Assembly (NCBI GenBank): GCA_963763385.1
Contig: CAVXOD010000003.1
Coordinates: 66,270 to 130,269, forward strand
Reading direction: 5' to 3'
DNA length: 64,000 bases
Origin: an uncultured Pseudomonadota bacterium
GTDB taxonomy: Bacteria > Pseudomonadota > Alphaproteobacteria > Caulobacterales > Caulobacteraceae
A program made the translations under genes and the position numbers. Below, one piece after another: positions 1 through 11,022 of the stretch (position 1 is the stretch's first letter; each line of letters opens with the position of its first letter). The notes beneath the pieces are model-generated. The model had not been told where the DNA came from. It saw only the letters and a list, made by a program, of their open reading frames with translations, and ran no database searches.

Positions 1-1
1 G

Positions 2-541
2 TGGGCGCTGGGCTTCATCTTCCTGTTCACCGTCGGCGGCGTCACCGGCGTCGCGCTGGCCAACACCGCCTTCGACTACAACGTGCACGACACCTACTAC
101 GTGATCGCGCACTTCCACTATGTGCTGAGCCTGGGCGCCGTGTTCGCGATCTTCGGCGGCTTCTACTACTGGTTCGAGAAGATGTGGGGCGTGCGCTACA
201 ACGAGGCGCTGGGCGCGACGCACTTCTGGATCACCTTCGTCGGCGTCAACATCGTCTTCTTCCCGCAGCACTTCCTCGGCCTGCAGGGGATGCCGCGCCG
301 CCAAGTGGACTATCCCGCCGGGTTCGACACCTGGAACTACGTCTCTTCGGTCGGCTACATGATCACGCTGGTCGGCACCTGCGTCTTCCTGCTGGTGCTG
401 CTGGAAGCCGCGATCCGCCGCCGCGCCGCCCGCGCCAATCCCTGGGGCGAAGGGGCGACCACGCTGGAGTGGACGCTTTCCTCGCCGCCGCCGTTCCACT
501 CGTTCAACGAGCTGCCGGTGGTCCATTCGGACGGGCACTAA
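2..541 (+). CDS. ctaD: Cytochrome c oxidase subunit I, C-terminal part (5' truncated by window edge)
   Basis: Frame reads ...[38 protein letters not shown], the conserved heme-ligand motifs of COX1. Confidence 0.97.
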   Translation, partial: WALGFIFLFTVGGVTGVALANTAFDYNVHDTYYVIAHFHYVLSLGAVFAIFGGFYYWFEKMWGVRYNEALGATHFWITFVGVNIVFFPQHFLGLQGMPRRQVDYPAGFDTWNYVSSVGYMITLVGTCVFLLVLLEAAIRRRAARANPWGEGATTLEWTLSSPPPFHSFNELPVVHSDGH

Positions 542-584
542 GGAGCTCCTGTCGCCCGCCCTGGGCGGCGGGAACGGAAACGCC

Positions 585-1517
585 ATGCTGAAGACCAGCG
601 CGCCTGAGTTCGATCCGGTCGCCGGCGCCGTCGCCCCGGCCCGGTGGCAGGACTACGTCGTGCTGCTGAAGCCGCGGGTGATGAGCCTGGTGATCTTCAC
701 CGCGCTCACCGGCCTCGTCTGCGCGAACGCGCCGCTGAACCCGGTGCTGGCGGGAACCTCGATCCTCTGCATCGCGGTGGGCGCCGGCGCCTCGGGCGCG
801 CTCAACATGTGGTTCGACGCCGACATCGACGCCAAGATGCGCCGCACGCGGAACCGCCCGGTGCCGGGCGGGCGGGTGCAGGGCGCCGACGCGCTGGCGC
901 TGGGCCTGACGCTGTCGCTGTTCGCGGTCGGTCTGCTGGGCGTTGCGGTGAACGTGCTGGCGGCGGCGCTGCTGGGCTTCACGATCTTCTTCTACGCGGT
1001 CGTCTACACGATGTGGCTGAAGCGCTCGACGCCGCAGAACATCGTCATCGGCGGCCTCGCCGGCGCGCTGCCGCCGGCGGTAGGCTGGGCCGCGGCCAGC
1101 GGGACCGCGCCGCTGAACGCCTGGCTGATGGTGGCGATCATCTTCTTCTGGACCCCGCCGCACTTCTGGGCGCTGTCGCTGACCACTGGCGACGACTACG
1201 AGCGCGCCGGCGTGCCGATGCTGCCGGTGGCCAAGGGCGAGCCGGCGACCCGGCTGCAGATCCTGCTCTACAGCCTGGCGCTGGTCCCACTGGCGCTGGC
1301 GCCGGCGTTCACCGGCCTCGGCGGCGCGGCCTACCTCGCCATCGCCGCGTTCGGCGGAGCCGCGTTTGTCGGCCTGGCGACGCGGCTGTTCGTGAAGAAG
1401 GACAAGGCGGACGCCAAGCGCCTGTTCGGCTTTTCGATCCTCTACCTGTTCTCGCTGTTCGCGGCCCTTCTGGTCGAGCACCTGGCCGGACTCGCGCCGC
1501 TGAGGCTCCTGGGATGA
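585..1517 (+). CDS. ctaB: Protoheme IX farnesyltransferase (heme o synthase)
   Basis: [26 protein letters not shown] and WTPPHFWAL motifs; cox operon context. Confidence 0.96.
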   Translation: MLKTSAPEFDPVAGAVAPARWQDYVVLLKPRVMSLVIFTALTGLVCANAPLNPVLAGTSILCIAVGAGASGALNMWFDADIDAKMRRTRNRPVPGGRVQGADALALGLTLSLFAVGLLGVAVNVLAAALLGFTIFFYAVVYTMWLKRSTPQNIVIGGLAGALPPAVGWAAASGTAPLNAWLMVAIIFFWTPPHFWALSLTTGDDYERAGVPMLPVAKGEPATRLQILLYSLALVPLALAPAFTGLGGAAYLAIAAFGGAAFVGLATRLFVKKDKADAKRLFGFSILYLFSLFAALLVEHLAGLAPLRLLG

Positions 1518-1666
1518 GCGATCCGCTGTCCGAGAGCCCGGAGGCGCGGCGCGCCCGCAACGGCCGCAACATCGCCTTGCTGATCGGCCTGCTGGCCTTC
1601 GTCGCGCTGGTCTTCATCATCACGATCGCGAAGCTGGGGGGCAATGTCGCTTCCAACAGCTTCTGA
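1514..1666 (+). CDS. Small single-TM protein of the cox operon (CoxF-like)
   Basis: ATGA overlap with the ctaB stop; [43 protein letters not shown]; usual position between ctaB and ctaG. Confidence 0.75.
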   Translation: MSDPLSESPEARRARNGRNIALLIGLLAFVALVFIITIAKLGGNVASNSF

Positions 1667-2231
1667 CCCGCATCTTGCGGCCCGCAATTCGCGACTGGCG
1701 CTGATCTGCACGGCAGTCTTCGCCTGCATGGTCGGCATGGCCTTCGCCGCCGTGCCGCTCTACCACGCGTTCTGCCAGGCGACGGGGTTCAACGGCACGG
1801 TGCGCCGCGTCACGAGCGCGCCGACCACGGTCGCCGCCGGCACGGTGACGGTCGCCTTCGACACCAACGTGCGCGGCCTTGCCTGGCAGTTCACGCCCAA
1901 CGTCGGCAGTCAGACGATCCGGCCCGGCGCCACCAACCTCGCCTTCTTCAAGGTGACCAACACCTCGGACCGGCCGCTGACCGGCCGCGCGGTCTACAAC
2001 GTCACCCCCGAAAGCGTGGGCCCGTATTTCTCCAAGCTGGAGTGCTTCTGCTTCAAGAACCAGACGCTGGCCCCGCACCAGACCGCCGAGTTCCCGGTGG
2101 TCTACTACGTCGATCCCCGGTTCGGCTCGAACGACGACACCAAGGGCATCGCCGAGATCACGCTTTCCTACACCTTCTACCCGGCCCAGCCCTTGGCGGC
2201 GAAGCCGGGGCAGAGCTATAGCACCCCCTAA
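1644..2231 (+). CDS. ctaG: Cytochrome c oxidase copper chaperone Cox11/CtaG
   Basis: [15 protein letters not shown] and KLECFCF motifs. Confidence 0.95.
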   Translation: MSLPTASDPHLAARNSRLALICTAVFACMVGMAFAAVPLYHAFCQATGFNGTVRRVTSAPTTVAAGTVTVAFDTNVRGLAWQFTPNVGSQTIRPGATNLAFFKVTNTSDRPLTGRAVYNVTPESVGPYFSKLECFCFKNQTLAPHQTAEFPVVYYVDPRFGSNDDTKGIAEITLSYTFYPAQPLAAKPGQSYSTP

Positions 2232-2257
2232 GACCTAGAGAGGCTCCGAACCCGGCA

Positions 2258-3133
2258 ATGGCTCACGACGGCGTCAAGCACGACTACCACCTGGTCAACC
2301 CCAGCCCGTGGCCGCTGTTGGGCTCTGTCGCCGCCTTCGTGCTCACCGCCGGCGGCGTGATGTGGATGAAGGGCGTGTTCGGCGAGCCCAAGCACACCTG
2401 GTGGATGGTGGCCACCGGCTTCGCGCTGGTGCTGCTGACCATGCTGCTCTGGTGGAGCGACGTGGTGAAGGAGGGCAACGAAGGCGACCACACGCCGGTG
2501 GTCTCGATCGGCCTGCGCTACGGCATGATCCTGTTCATCGCCTCGGAGGTGATGTTCTTCGTCGCCTGGTTCTGGATCTTCTTCGAGATGGCGCTGTTCC
2601 ACCACGTGCGCACGCTCTCGCCGATCGACGACGTCGCCAACGCCTGGAAGACCTGGCCGCCGAAGGGCGTCGAGGCGGTGCCGCCGTTCGAGCTGCCGCT
2701 GGTCAACACCCTCACGCTGCTGACGTCCGGCACCACCGTCACCTGGGCCCACCACGCGCTGCAGACCGGCGACCGCAACGGCGCCAAGATCGGCCTGCTG
2801 CTGACGATCCTGCTCGGGATGCTGTTCACCTCGATCCAGGCGTTCGAGTACCACCACATCCTGGCCGACCACCTGTTCTACGGGACCGAGGCGGTGAACT
2901 CGGGCCTCTATGGCTCGGCCTTCTTCATGGCCACCGGCTTCCACGGTTTCCACGTGCTGATCGGGACCATCTTCCTGATCGTCTGCCTGATTCGGCTGAT
3001 GGGCGGCGGCTTCACGCCGACCAAGCACTTCGGCTTCGAGGCGGCCGCCTGGTACTGGCACTTCGTCGACGTGGTCTGGCTGTTCCTGTTCACCTTCCTC
3101 TATTTCACCTTCGGCGTCGGCTGGGGGAAGTGA
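2258..3133 (+). CDS. ctaE: Cytochrome c oxidase subunit III
   Basis: [31 protein letters not shown] and [10 protein letters not shown] motifs. Confidence 0.97.
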   Translation: MAHDGVKHDYHLVNPSPWPLLGSVAAFVLTAGGVMWMKGVFGEPKHTWWMVATGFALVLLTMLLWWSDVVKEGNEGDHTPVVSIGLRYGMILFIASEVMFFVAWFWIFFEMALFHHVRTLSPIDDVANAWKTWPPKGVEAVPPFELPLVNTLTLLTSGTTVTWAHHALQTGDRNGAKIGLLLTILLGMLFTSIQAFEYHHILADHLFYGTEAVNSGLYGSAFFMATGFHGFHVLIGTIFLIVCLIRLMGGGFTPTKHFGFEAAAWYWHFVDVVWLFLFTFLYFTFGVGWGK

Positions 3134-3140
3134 GCGCGTC

Positions 3141-3509
3141 GTGAGCGAGCGGGGCGCGGCGCCCTTCATCGCCGGCGCTCTCGGACGCTGCCCCAACTGC
3201 GGCGAAGGCCCGCTCTTCATCGGCTTCCTGAAGGTCGCGCCGAGCTGTTCGAAATGCGGCTTCGATCTGGCCAAGTCGGACACTGGCGACGGCCCGGCGG
3301 TGTTCGTGATCTTCATCGCCGGCTTCATCGCCGCCTTCGGCCTGCTGTTCACCGAGGTCGCCTATCGGCCGCCGCTCTGGCTCGAGGCGGTGATCTGGCT
3401 GCCGGTGGCCGCCCTGCTGTGCTTCGCCCTCCTGCGGCCGCTGAAAGGCCTGATGATCGCCGCCCAGTTCGCCAACCGCGCCTCGCAGGCCGGCCGGGAT
3501 GACATCTAG
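3141..3509 (+). CDS. DUF983 family protein
   Basis: RCPNCGEG..C..CG..D.GDGPA followed by TM segments; conserved position after ctaE. Confidence 0.85.
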   Translation: MSERGAAPFIAGALGRCPNCGEGPLFIGFLKVAPSCSKCGFDLAKSDTGDGPAVFVIFIAGFIAAFGLLFTEVAYRPPLWLEAVIWLPVAALLCFALLRPLKGLMIAAQFANRASQAGRDDI

Positions 3510-3529
3510 ATTTCACCCACCTCTACGCA

Positions 3530-3651
3530 CGGTCATCGCCGGGCGTAAGTCCCGGCGACCCAAGCGCACTGGCCGGTGGGTGGCCGTGCTCTGCACGGCC
3601 ACGGCAATGACGGTGGTCATGGGTGGCCGGCACAAAGGCCGGCCATGACCG
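3530..3651. repeat. REP/REPIN-like palindromic element (GTCAT...ATGAC family)
   Basis: Terminal CGGTCAT/ATGACCG with internal hairpins; related copy at 51126-51249. Confidence 0.65.
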
Positions 3652-4349
3652 AGGATGGGGGCGCGGCGGCCCGCCGGTCGCCGAAGCCGCGGTTCCCGAT
3701 CGGCCTGACGCTCGCCGCGGTTGTCGTGGTCGCGGTCTGCTGTGGCCTTGGCGTCTGGCAGCTGCAGCGGGCTCAGTGGAAGACCCATGAACTCGCGTGG
3801 ATCGAGGCGCGCAAACGTGCGCCGCCGACGCCGATCGATGCGGTGTTGGATCGCGCCGCGCATGGCGAGGATGTGACCTTCACGCGGGTCATCGCCGACT
3901 GCTTTCCGACGTCGCCGTCGCGTTCATACCCGCGGGTGACGACGGACAATTCGGAGTGGGTCACGCGCGCGTCGTCATTCTGCCGCCTTCAGAATGCGCC
4001 CTACGACGCGGTGAGGGTCGATCGGGGCATCGTGACCTCAAGCCGCGGATCGACGGCGCCCGCCAATGTGGCGCTTCCTTCCCCCGTACACGTCATCGGC
4101 GTCCTGTACCGCACGCTCGACATCTGCATGCGCCGCCAGGACTGCGAGGTTGCGCGGCCGGCGCCTTACACGCTGGTCGCCGAGCGGGAGACGCCGGCGC
4201 CGCCTGGCGTCACGCCGTCCCCCTGGCCGGACCCAACCGACAACCTGCAGTACGTCGGCGCCTACTGGCTGACCTGGTTCGGCCTTGCCGCTGCGGTGGT
4301 AGGCGTCTATGCGGCCATGCTCTGGCGCAGGTACCACCCCAAACCATGA
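3645..4349 (+). CDS. SURF1 family cytochrome oxidase biogenesis protein
   Basis: LGVWQLQRAQWK, VDRG and Y.LTWFGLA motifs; start codon uncertain. Confidence 0.85.
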   Translation: MTEDGGAAARRSPKPRFPIGLTLAAVVVVAVCCGLGVWQLQRAQWKTHELAWIEARKRAPPTPIDAVLDRAAHGEDVTFTRVIADCFPTSPSRSYPRVTTDNSEWVTRASSFCRLQNAPYDAVRVDRGIVTSSRGSTAPANVALPSPVHVIGVLYRTLDICMRRQDCEVARPAPYTLVAERETPAPPGVTPSPWPDPTDNLQYVGAYWLTWFGLAAAVVGVYAAMLWRRYHPKP

Positions 4350-5745
4350 ACTACGTCTCCACCCGCGGCGGCGCGCCGCCGGTCAGCTTTCTGGACGCGG
4401 TGCTGACCGGCCTGGCGCCCGACGGCGGCCTTTACGTGCCCGAGAGCTGGCCGCGGCTGAACGACGCCGAGATCGCCGCCTTTGGCGCGCGCCCCTACGC
4501 CGAGGTCGCGGCCAAGATCGTCAGCCGCTTCGCGGGCGACGAGATCGACATCACCGACCTGGCCGAGATGTGCGACGACGCCTACGCCAGCTTCAGCCAT
4601 GTCGCCGTGGCGCCGCTGGTCCAGCTGGCCCCCGGCCGCTTCCTGCTCGAGCTGTTCCACGGCCCCAGCCTCGCCTTCAAGGACGTGGCGCTGCAGCTGC
4701 TGGCCCGGCTCTACGACCACGCGCTGGCGAAGCTCGGGCGGCGCCTGACCATCGTCTGCGCCACCTCGGGCGACACCGGCGGGGCGGCCGTCGAGGCGTT
4801 CCGCGGCCGCGCCAACGTGCGGATCGTCACCCTGTTTCCCGAGGGCCGGATCTCGGAGGTGCAGCGACGCTTCATGACCACGGCCCGCGAGGCCAACGTC
4901 GCCAGCCTCGCGGTCAACGGGTACGTTCGACGACTGTCAGACGATGCTGAAAGAGATGTTCCGCGACACCCAGTTCAGCCACGCGGTGGATCTGGCCGGC
5001 GGTCAATTCGATCAACTTCGCCCGCATCGTCGCCCAGAGCGTCTACTACTTCACCTCGGCCGTCGCCCTTGGCGCGCCGGGCCGCAAGATCGCCTTCGCC
5101 GTGCCCACCGGCAACTTCGGCGACGCCTACGCCGGTTACGTGGCGAGCCGGATGGGACTGCCGATCGAGCGGCTGATCGTCGGGGTCAATTCCAACGACA
5201 TCCTGTGCCGCGCGCTGGACACCGGCCGCTACGCGAAGGGCGTGGTGGCGGCGACCTCCAGCCCGGCGATGGATATCCAGGCCGCCTCCAACTTCGAGCG
5301 GCTCTACTTCGAGACCACTGACCGAGACCCGCTGGAGACCGCCCGCGCGTTCGAAGCGTTCGCGGCGCAGGGCGCGATCGACGTGCCGCCGCGCAGCCTT
5401 GGCGCCATGCGCGCCCTCTTCGCCGGCGCCGCGGTCGGCGAGGACGAGACCGCGCGAACGATCCTGTCCACCCTCAACGAGACCGGCGAGCTGGTCGACC
5501 CGCACACCGCGGTCGGCCTCGCCGCCGCCGCGCGGATCGGGCCGGCGGCGCGTACGACGCCGCTGGTGACGCTCGCCACCGCCCATCCGGCGAAGTTTCC
5601 GGAAACGGTCAAGGCCGCCACCGGCGTCGAGCCGCCGCGACCGCCGAGCGTCGCCGGCCTCGCCGGACGCACGGAACGGTTCGCGACGATCGCGGCGGAC
5701 GTCGAGGCGGCCAAGGCGTTCGTGCGCGAGTTCGCGAAGGGATGA
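4346..5745 (+). CDS. thrC: Threonine synthase (apparent frameshifts near 4925 and 5000)
   Basis: MNYVSTRG, GLAPDGGLYVP, ELFHGPSLAFKD, ATSGDTG, VPTGNFG, DPHTAVG and TAHPAKF motifs are spread over shifted frames. Confidence 0.93.
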
Positions 5746-5776
5746 GCTTCCGAGGCAAGACCGTGCGCGCCGCCTC

Positions 5777-5940
5777 GCGCCCCCTCCGTCAGCCCGCTTC
5801 GCGGCCTGCCACCTCCCCCGCGCCGCTGCGCTTTGCGGTGGAGGAGCCCGATCGAGCAGCTTCGCTCCTCCACCGCGTAGCGGAGCGAAACGGGGGAGGT
5901 GGCGCGGCGCGCTGCAGGCGCGGCGTGACGGAGGGGGCGC
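5777..5940. repeat. REPIN-like inverted-repeat element
   Basis: Terminal IR GCGCCCCCTCCGTCA/TGACGGAGGGGGCGC with internal CCACCTCCCCC/GGGGGAGGTGG. Confidence 0.75.
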
Positions 5941-5959
5941 AGGGCCGCGACCCCGCCCC

Positions 5960-7219
5960 ATGAGCAAGGTCCACACCCTCGCCAACGGCGTACGGGTCGT
6001 CGCCGACCCAGCGCCGGGTTTCGAGACCCTGGCCCTCACCGTGGTCGCCGGACACGGCGCACGGTCGGAGGACGAGGCGCGCGCCGGCTGGGCGCACCTG
6101 CTGGAGCACATGGTGTTCAAGGGCGCCGGCGCGCGGTCGGCGCGGGACATCGTCGAGGCGATCGAGGCGCAGGGCGGCTCGATCAACGCCGCCACCGGCT
6201 ACGAGCGCACCAGCTTCCAGGTGCGGGGCCTGGCCGGCGGCTTGCGGCTCGGCATGGAGGTGGTCGCCGACCTGATGCTGCGGCCGACGCTCGCCCCGGC
6301 CGACCTGGCCCAGGAGGTCGGCGTGATCGCCCAGGAGATCGCCGAGGCGGCCGACACGCCGGACGACTTCGTGTTCGAGCTGGCGCAGGCCGCCGCGTTC
6401 GCCGGGCAGCCGCTCGGGCGGCCGGTGCTGGGGACCGAGGCCAGCATCGCCGCCGCCGAGCCGAAGACGCTCGAGGCCTGGCGCGCGCGGCTCTACGATC
6501 CTGGCCGCCTGGTGGTCAGCGCCGCCGGGGCGATCGACGAGGACGAGCTGCTGGCGCTGGCCGAGCGGCTGTTCGGCGATGCGCCGGCCGCGGCGGCGGA
6601 TGCGCCGGCGCCGGCGGCGTTCACCGGCGGCCGCGCGGCGGAGGCCAAGCGGCTGGAGCAGGCGCACGTCGTCTTCTTCCTGCCAGGCGTCGGCGCGGTC
6701 GACCCGGACTATTTCGCCGCCCGCGTCTTCACCGAGGCGCTGGGCGGGGGCATGTCGAGCCGGCTGTTCCAGGAAGCGCGAGAGCGGCTGGGCCTGGCCT
6801 ATGCGATCGACGCCTTCGCGGAGTCCTATCAGGACAACGGTGTGATCGGCGTCTACGCCGGCTGCGCGGCGAAGGACGCGGCCGCGCTGGCCAAGGTGGT
6901 GGCGGGAGAGTTCCACAAGCTGGCGGACGGGGTCGGCGAGGCCGAGCTGGCGCGCGCCAAGGCGCAGCTCAAGGCCGCCCTGTTCATGGCCCGCGAGTCG
7001 CTGTCGGCCCGCGCCGAACAGGCCGCCGCGCAGCTTCTGGTGTTCGGCCGGCTGCTGACGACGCAGGAGATCGCCGCGGCCATCGATGCGGTTTCGGCGG
7101 CGGATCTGCGGCGTCTGGCCGACCGGATCGTCGCGCCGGCGCTATCCGCCCCGGCCGTGCTGGGACCGAGTCGCGCGCTGGCGGCGGCCGACGTCTTCCA
7201 CGCGGCGATGTTCGGCTAG
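5960..7219 (+). CDS. M16 family zinc peptidase
   Basis: AHLLEHMVFKG (HxxEH), INAATG.E.T and LGGGMSSRLFQE.RE..GLAY motifs. Confidence 0.95.
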   Translation: MSKVHTLANGVRVVADPAPGFETLALTVVAGHGARSEDEARAGWAHLLEHMVFKGAGARSARDIVEAIEAQGGSINAATGYERTSFQVRGLAGGLRLGMEVVADLMLRPTLAPADLAQEVGVIAQEIAEAADTPDDFVFELAQAAAFAGQPLGRPVLGTEASIAAAEPKTLEAWRARLYDPGRLVVSAAGAIDEDELLALAERLFGDAPAAAADAPAPAAFTGGRAAEAKRLEQAHVVFFLPGVGAVDPDYFAARVFTEALGGGMSSRLFQEARERLGLAYAIDAFAESYQDNGVIGVYAGCAAKDAAALAKVVAGEFHKLADGVGEAELARAKAQLKAALFMARESLSARAEQAAAQLLVFGRLLTTQEIAAAIDAVSAADLRRLADRIVAPALSAPAVLGPSRALAAADVFHAAMFG

Positions 7220-7258
7220 GCTTGGCAAAACCAGCAAAACGGGGGCAAAAAGTCGGCA

Positions 7259-7870
7259 ATGGCCCTGCTGGATTGGATTTCGTCCGATCATGACCTGCGC
7301 CTCGCCGGCGACGGCGTGCGGCTGCGCCCGCATCGCAGCGGCGACTTCGAGGAATGGGCGTCGCTGCGGTCCCGCTCGCGCGCCTTCCTGCAGCCCTGGG
7401 AGCCGACCTGGCCGGTCGATGACCTGACCCGCGGCGCCTGGCGCCGGCGGCTCTCGGCCTACGCTCACGACATCGAGCGGGGGCTGGCCTATCCGTTCCT
7501 GGTGTTCCGGGCGAGCGACAACGCGCTGGTGGGCGGGATCACCCTCTCCAACGTCCGCCGCGGCGTCGCCCAGATGGGCTCGATCGGCTACTGGGTGGGC
7601 GAGCCCTTCACCCGCCAGGGCTTCACGGTCGCGGCGGTGAAGGCGGTGGCCCGGTTCTCGTTCGAGCGGCTCGGGCTGCACCGACTGGAAGCGGCCTGCA
7701 TCCCCACCAACGAACCCTCCCGCGGCGTGCTGCTGAAGGCCGGCTTCACTCAGGAGGGAATGGCCAGGGCTTATCTGAGAATTAACGGTATCTGGGAAGA
7801 TCATCTCCTGTTCGGACTCGTTTCGCCGGCGCCGGCGAGCGAGCACAGGGGTGAGGACGTGCTGGTCTAG
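7259..7870 (+). CDS. rimJ: RimJ-like GNAT N-acetyltransferase
   Basis: FLQPWEPTW, GITLSNVRRG, IGYWVG and EG.ARAYLRING.WEDH motifs. Confidence 0.88.
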   Translation: MALLDWISSDHDLRLAGDGVRLRPHRSGDFEEWASLRSRSRAFLQPWEPTWPVDDLTRGAWRRRLSAYAHDIERGLAYPFLVFRASDNALVGGITLSNVRRGVAQMGSIGYWVGEPFTRQGFTVAAVKAVARFSFERLGLHRLEAACIPTNEPSRGVLLKAGFTQEGMARAYLRINGIWEDHLLFGLVSPAPASEHRGEDVLV

Positions 7871-7909
7871 CGCAGGCCCGCTGCGCCCCCGTCCGGATCG
7901 GGGTTGAGG

Positions 7910-9575
7910 ATGGCGTCCGCCGACAGGCTGGTCTGGGATGCGACGACCGTGCTCGAGGCTCTCGGCGCGGCCGACGTCGCCCTGTGGGTGTGGGAGCCCG
8001 ACCGCGACCGGCTGCGGCTAAGCGGCGCATCGCGCGCCCTCGGCCTGGGTCCGCTCGCCCCGGAAGCCGCCTCCGCCGCGATCCGCGCCCTGGTGCTGCC
8101 GCAGGACCGCGCCGCCGTCGACGAGATGCTGCGGGTGCGCGAGCCGGGCGCCGAGATCGCCGCGCGCGTCAGGATGCGCGGCGGGGAGCCCTGCCTCTGG
8201 CGCGGGGTCTGGCTCGAGGAGGGCCTGCGCGCCGCCGGCGTCGTCGCCCGCGAGATGCGCTTCACCGCCTCCGAGCGCGACGCGCTGACCGGCCTCCTGG
8301 ACCGCCGCAGCTTCATCCTGCGGGCCCGCGAGAAACTCAGTCAGTCCGGCGGCTTCGAGCTGGTGGTCGCCGACGTCAACCGCCTGCGCCGGCTCAACGA
8401 GGCGCTCGGCCACGAGCGCGCCGACCTGGTGCTGGCGGCGCTGGGCTCGCGCCTGGCCGCCGCCTTCACCGAAGAGCGCGCTGATGGCGCGGATCGGCGA
8501 GGACGAGTTCGCGGTGCTGACCGCCGTGACCAAGGCGCCGGTCGCCGAGACGCTGCGCGCGGCGCTGGAGCAGCCGCTGCGGGTCGCCGGGTTCGACATC
8601 CACCCGACCCTCTCGATCGGCGAGGTGATGGTCGAGGGCGGCGACGACGCGCCGGAGGCGGCCGAGCTGCTGCGCCGCGCCGAGCTGGCGATCGAGGTCT
8701 CCAAGTCCGCCGGCCGCGGCGCGCCGGCCGCCGCCTACGGCCGGGCGCTGGAAACCGACGGCCTGTCGCGGCTGGCGCTGGAGGCCGACCTGCGCGGCTC
8801 GATCGAGCGCGGCGAGATCCAGGCGTTCTTCCAGCCGATCGTCCGGCTCTCGACCGGCGAGCTCAGCGGCTTCGAGGCGCTGGCGCGCTGGCGCCACCCC
8901 CGCCGCGGCTTCCTCGCCCCCGACGATTTCCTCGGCCTGATGTCCGAGATGGGCATGATGGCCGAGCTGGGCGGCTTCATGATGGCGCAGTCGGCGCAGC
9001 AGCTGGGCGCCTGGCGCCGCGCGCACCCGGCGGTCGACCACCTGACCTGCTCGGTCAACCTCTCGACCGGCGAGATCGACCGCGAAGGGCTGGTGGACGA
9101 GGTCGCCGCCCTGGTGCGCGACAACGACCTGCGCCGCGGCTCGCTGAAGCTGGAGATCACCGAGAGCGACATCATGCGCGACCCGGATCGCGCGGCGCAG
9201 ACCCTGCGCTCGCTGCGCGACGCCGGCGCGGGCCTGGCGCTGGACGACTTCGGCACCGGCTTCTCCTCGCTGTCGTACCTGACCCGGCTGCCGTTCGACA
9301 CGCTGAAGATCGACCGCTACTTCGTGCGCACCATGGCCGCCAACGAGGGCTCGGCGAAGATCGTCCGCTCGGTGATCCAGCTGGGCCAGGACCTGGCGCT
9401 GGAGGTGGTCGCCGAGGGGGTGGAGAACGGCCTGATGGCCCGCGCCCTGCTGGAGCTCGGCTGCGACTACGGCCAGGGCTACGGCTACGCCCCGGCGCTC
9501 TCGCCGCAGGAAGCCGAGGTCTACCTCAACGAATGCTACGCCGACGGCGCCGCGCCGGTGAAGGCCAAGGGGTAA
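7910..9575 (+). CDS. pdeA: PAS-like/degenerate GGDEF/EAL c-di-GMP phosphodiesterase, PdeA-like (frameshift near 8475)
   Basis: DALTGL, RIGEDEF, FEALARW, LDDFGTGFSSL and VAEGVE motifs. GEDEF is the degenerate motif of Caulobacter PdeA, and the synteny matches. Confidence 0.85.
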
Positions 9576-9585
9576 TCCCCTTCCG

Positions 9586-9739
9586 CCTCCCTCCCCCTCG
9601 TGGGGAGGGTGGACGACGCGCAGCGTCGGACGGGTGGGGAAGCGCGACGCGACAACGAACTCGTCGAATTCAGCCCAGCGTCCGACTCCCCCACCCTGAT
9701 CGCTTCGCGATCTTTCCCTCCCCACAAGGGGGAGGGAGG
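9586..9739. repeat. REPIN-like element (CCTCCCC...GGGGAGG family)
   Basis: Terminal IR with internal hairpins, between convergent genes; closely related copy at 60751-60904. Confidence 0.75.
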
Positions 9740-9741
9740 GG

Positions 9742-10326
9742 TCAGGCTCGCCCCGTCAGGCTCGACAGCCGCTCCGGCGAGACGCCGATCTTGGCCAGGG
9801 CTCTCGTCCACTTCGAGGCGTGGTCGTCGTCGAAGATCAGGCCCTCGTCGGCCTCGCAGGTGAGCCAGGTCGCGCCCAGGATCTCCTGTTCCAGCTGGCC
9901 AGGCCCCCAGCCGGCGTAGCCCAGCGCCAGCAGCGAGCGACGCGGACGGGTGTTGTGGCCGGCGATCGCCTCCAGCACCTCGGGCGTCGCGGTCATGCTG
10001 ATCCCCGGCATCACCGGCATGCTCGAGACGGGCGAACAGTAGTCGTCGGTGTGCAGAACGAAGCCGCGGTCGTGTTCGACCGGGCCGCCGATCAGCACCA
10101 GGTCGTCGGGCAGGGTGATGGCCGAGTCCGCGCCGCCGATCTTCAGCCGCCGGAGCACATTGCCGATGCTGAGCCCCTCGACCGGCCGGTTCACGGTCAG
10201 GCCCATCGCGTGCTCGGCGTTGTGGGCGCAAAGGAAGATCACGGCGTGCTCGAAACGGGGATCGCCGATGCCGGGCATCGCCACCAGCATCCGTCCGGTG
10301 AGGAATGGCTCTTCCGAGTCGGACAT
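9742..10326 (-). CDS. YqgE/AlgH family protein
   Basis: LVAMPGIGDPRFE, GGPV..DRGFVLH and LGYAGWGPGQLE motifs. Confidence 0.95.
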   Translation of the reverse strand: MSDSEEPFLTGRMLVAMPGIGDPRFEHAVIFLCAHNAEHAMGLTVNRPVEGLSIGNVLRRLKIGGADSAITLPDDLVLIGGPVEHDRGFVLHTDDYCSPVSSMPVMPGISMTATPEVLEAIAGHNTRPRRSLLALGYAGWGPGQLEQEILGATWLTCEADEGLIFDDDHASKWTRALAKIGVSPERLSSLTGRA

Positions 10327-10439
10327 CGCCCTATGATCGGGTCGGCGCCGGACGCTTTCAAGCTGCAACTGCGACAAGGCGGCTTGGCTCGGAGGGCCGC
10401 CCGTCCTATGTGCGGCGAAAGCCCGCAGGAGAGAGCCTC

Positions 10440-10922
10440 ATGACGATCAAGGTCGGCGACAAAGTCCCCGCAGCCACCTTCACCACCTTCGGCCCCGACG
10501 GGCCGGGTCCGTTGACCACCGACGCGCTGTTCGCGGGCAAGAAGGTCGCGCTGTTCGCCGTGCCGGGCGCATTCACCCCCACCTGCTCGGCCAAGCACCT
10601 GCCCAGCTTCAAGCAGCACGTGGCCGATTTCAAAGCCAAGGGCGTCGACACCATCGCCTGCGTGTCGGTCAACGACGTGTTCGTGATGAAGGCCTGGGGC
10701 GAGAACCAGGGCGTCGGGACCGACATCCTGATGCTGGCCGACGGCAACGGCGATTTCACCAAGGCGGTCGGCCTCGAACTCGACGGCTCGCGCTTCGGCA
10801 TGGGCGCGCGCTCGCAGCGCTACTCGATGATCGTCAACAACGGCGTGGTGAAGGAACTCAACGTCGAAACCGGCGGCGAGTACCGGGTGTCGTCGGCGGA
10901 GTACATGCTGGAGCAACTGTAG
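10440..10922 (+). CDS. Peroxiredoxin, Prx5 type
   Basis: VPGAFTPTCS and SVNDVFVMKAW motifs. Confidence 0.95.
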   Translation: MTIKVGDKVPAATFTTFGPDGPGPLTTDALFAGKKVALFAVPGAFTPTCSAKHLPSFKQHVADFKAKGVDTIACVSVNDVFVMKAWGENQGVGTDILMLADGNGDFTKAVGLELDGSRFGMGARSQRYSMIVNNGVVKELNVETGGEYRVSSAEYMLEQL

Positions 10923-11022
10923 CGCCTTTCCGCGACGCCGCCCTATTGGCGGCTGCGCTCGCCGTTCCGCCGGATCATCGCTAAGCTCCCTCCTGAAGCT
11001 GAACTCCGGATGAGCAGCGCGG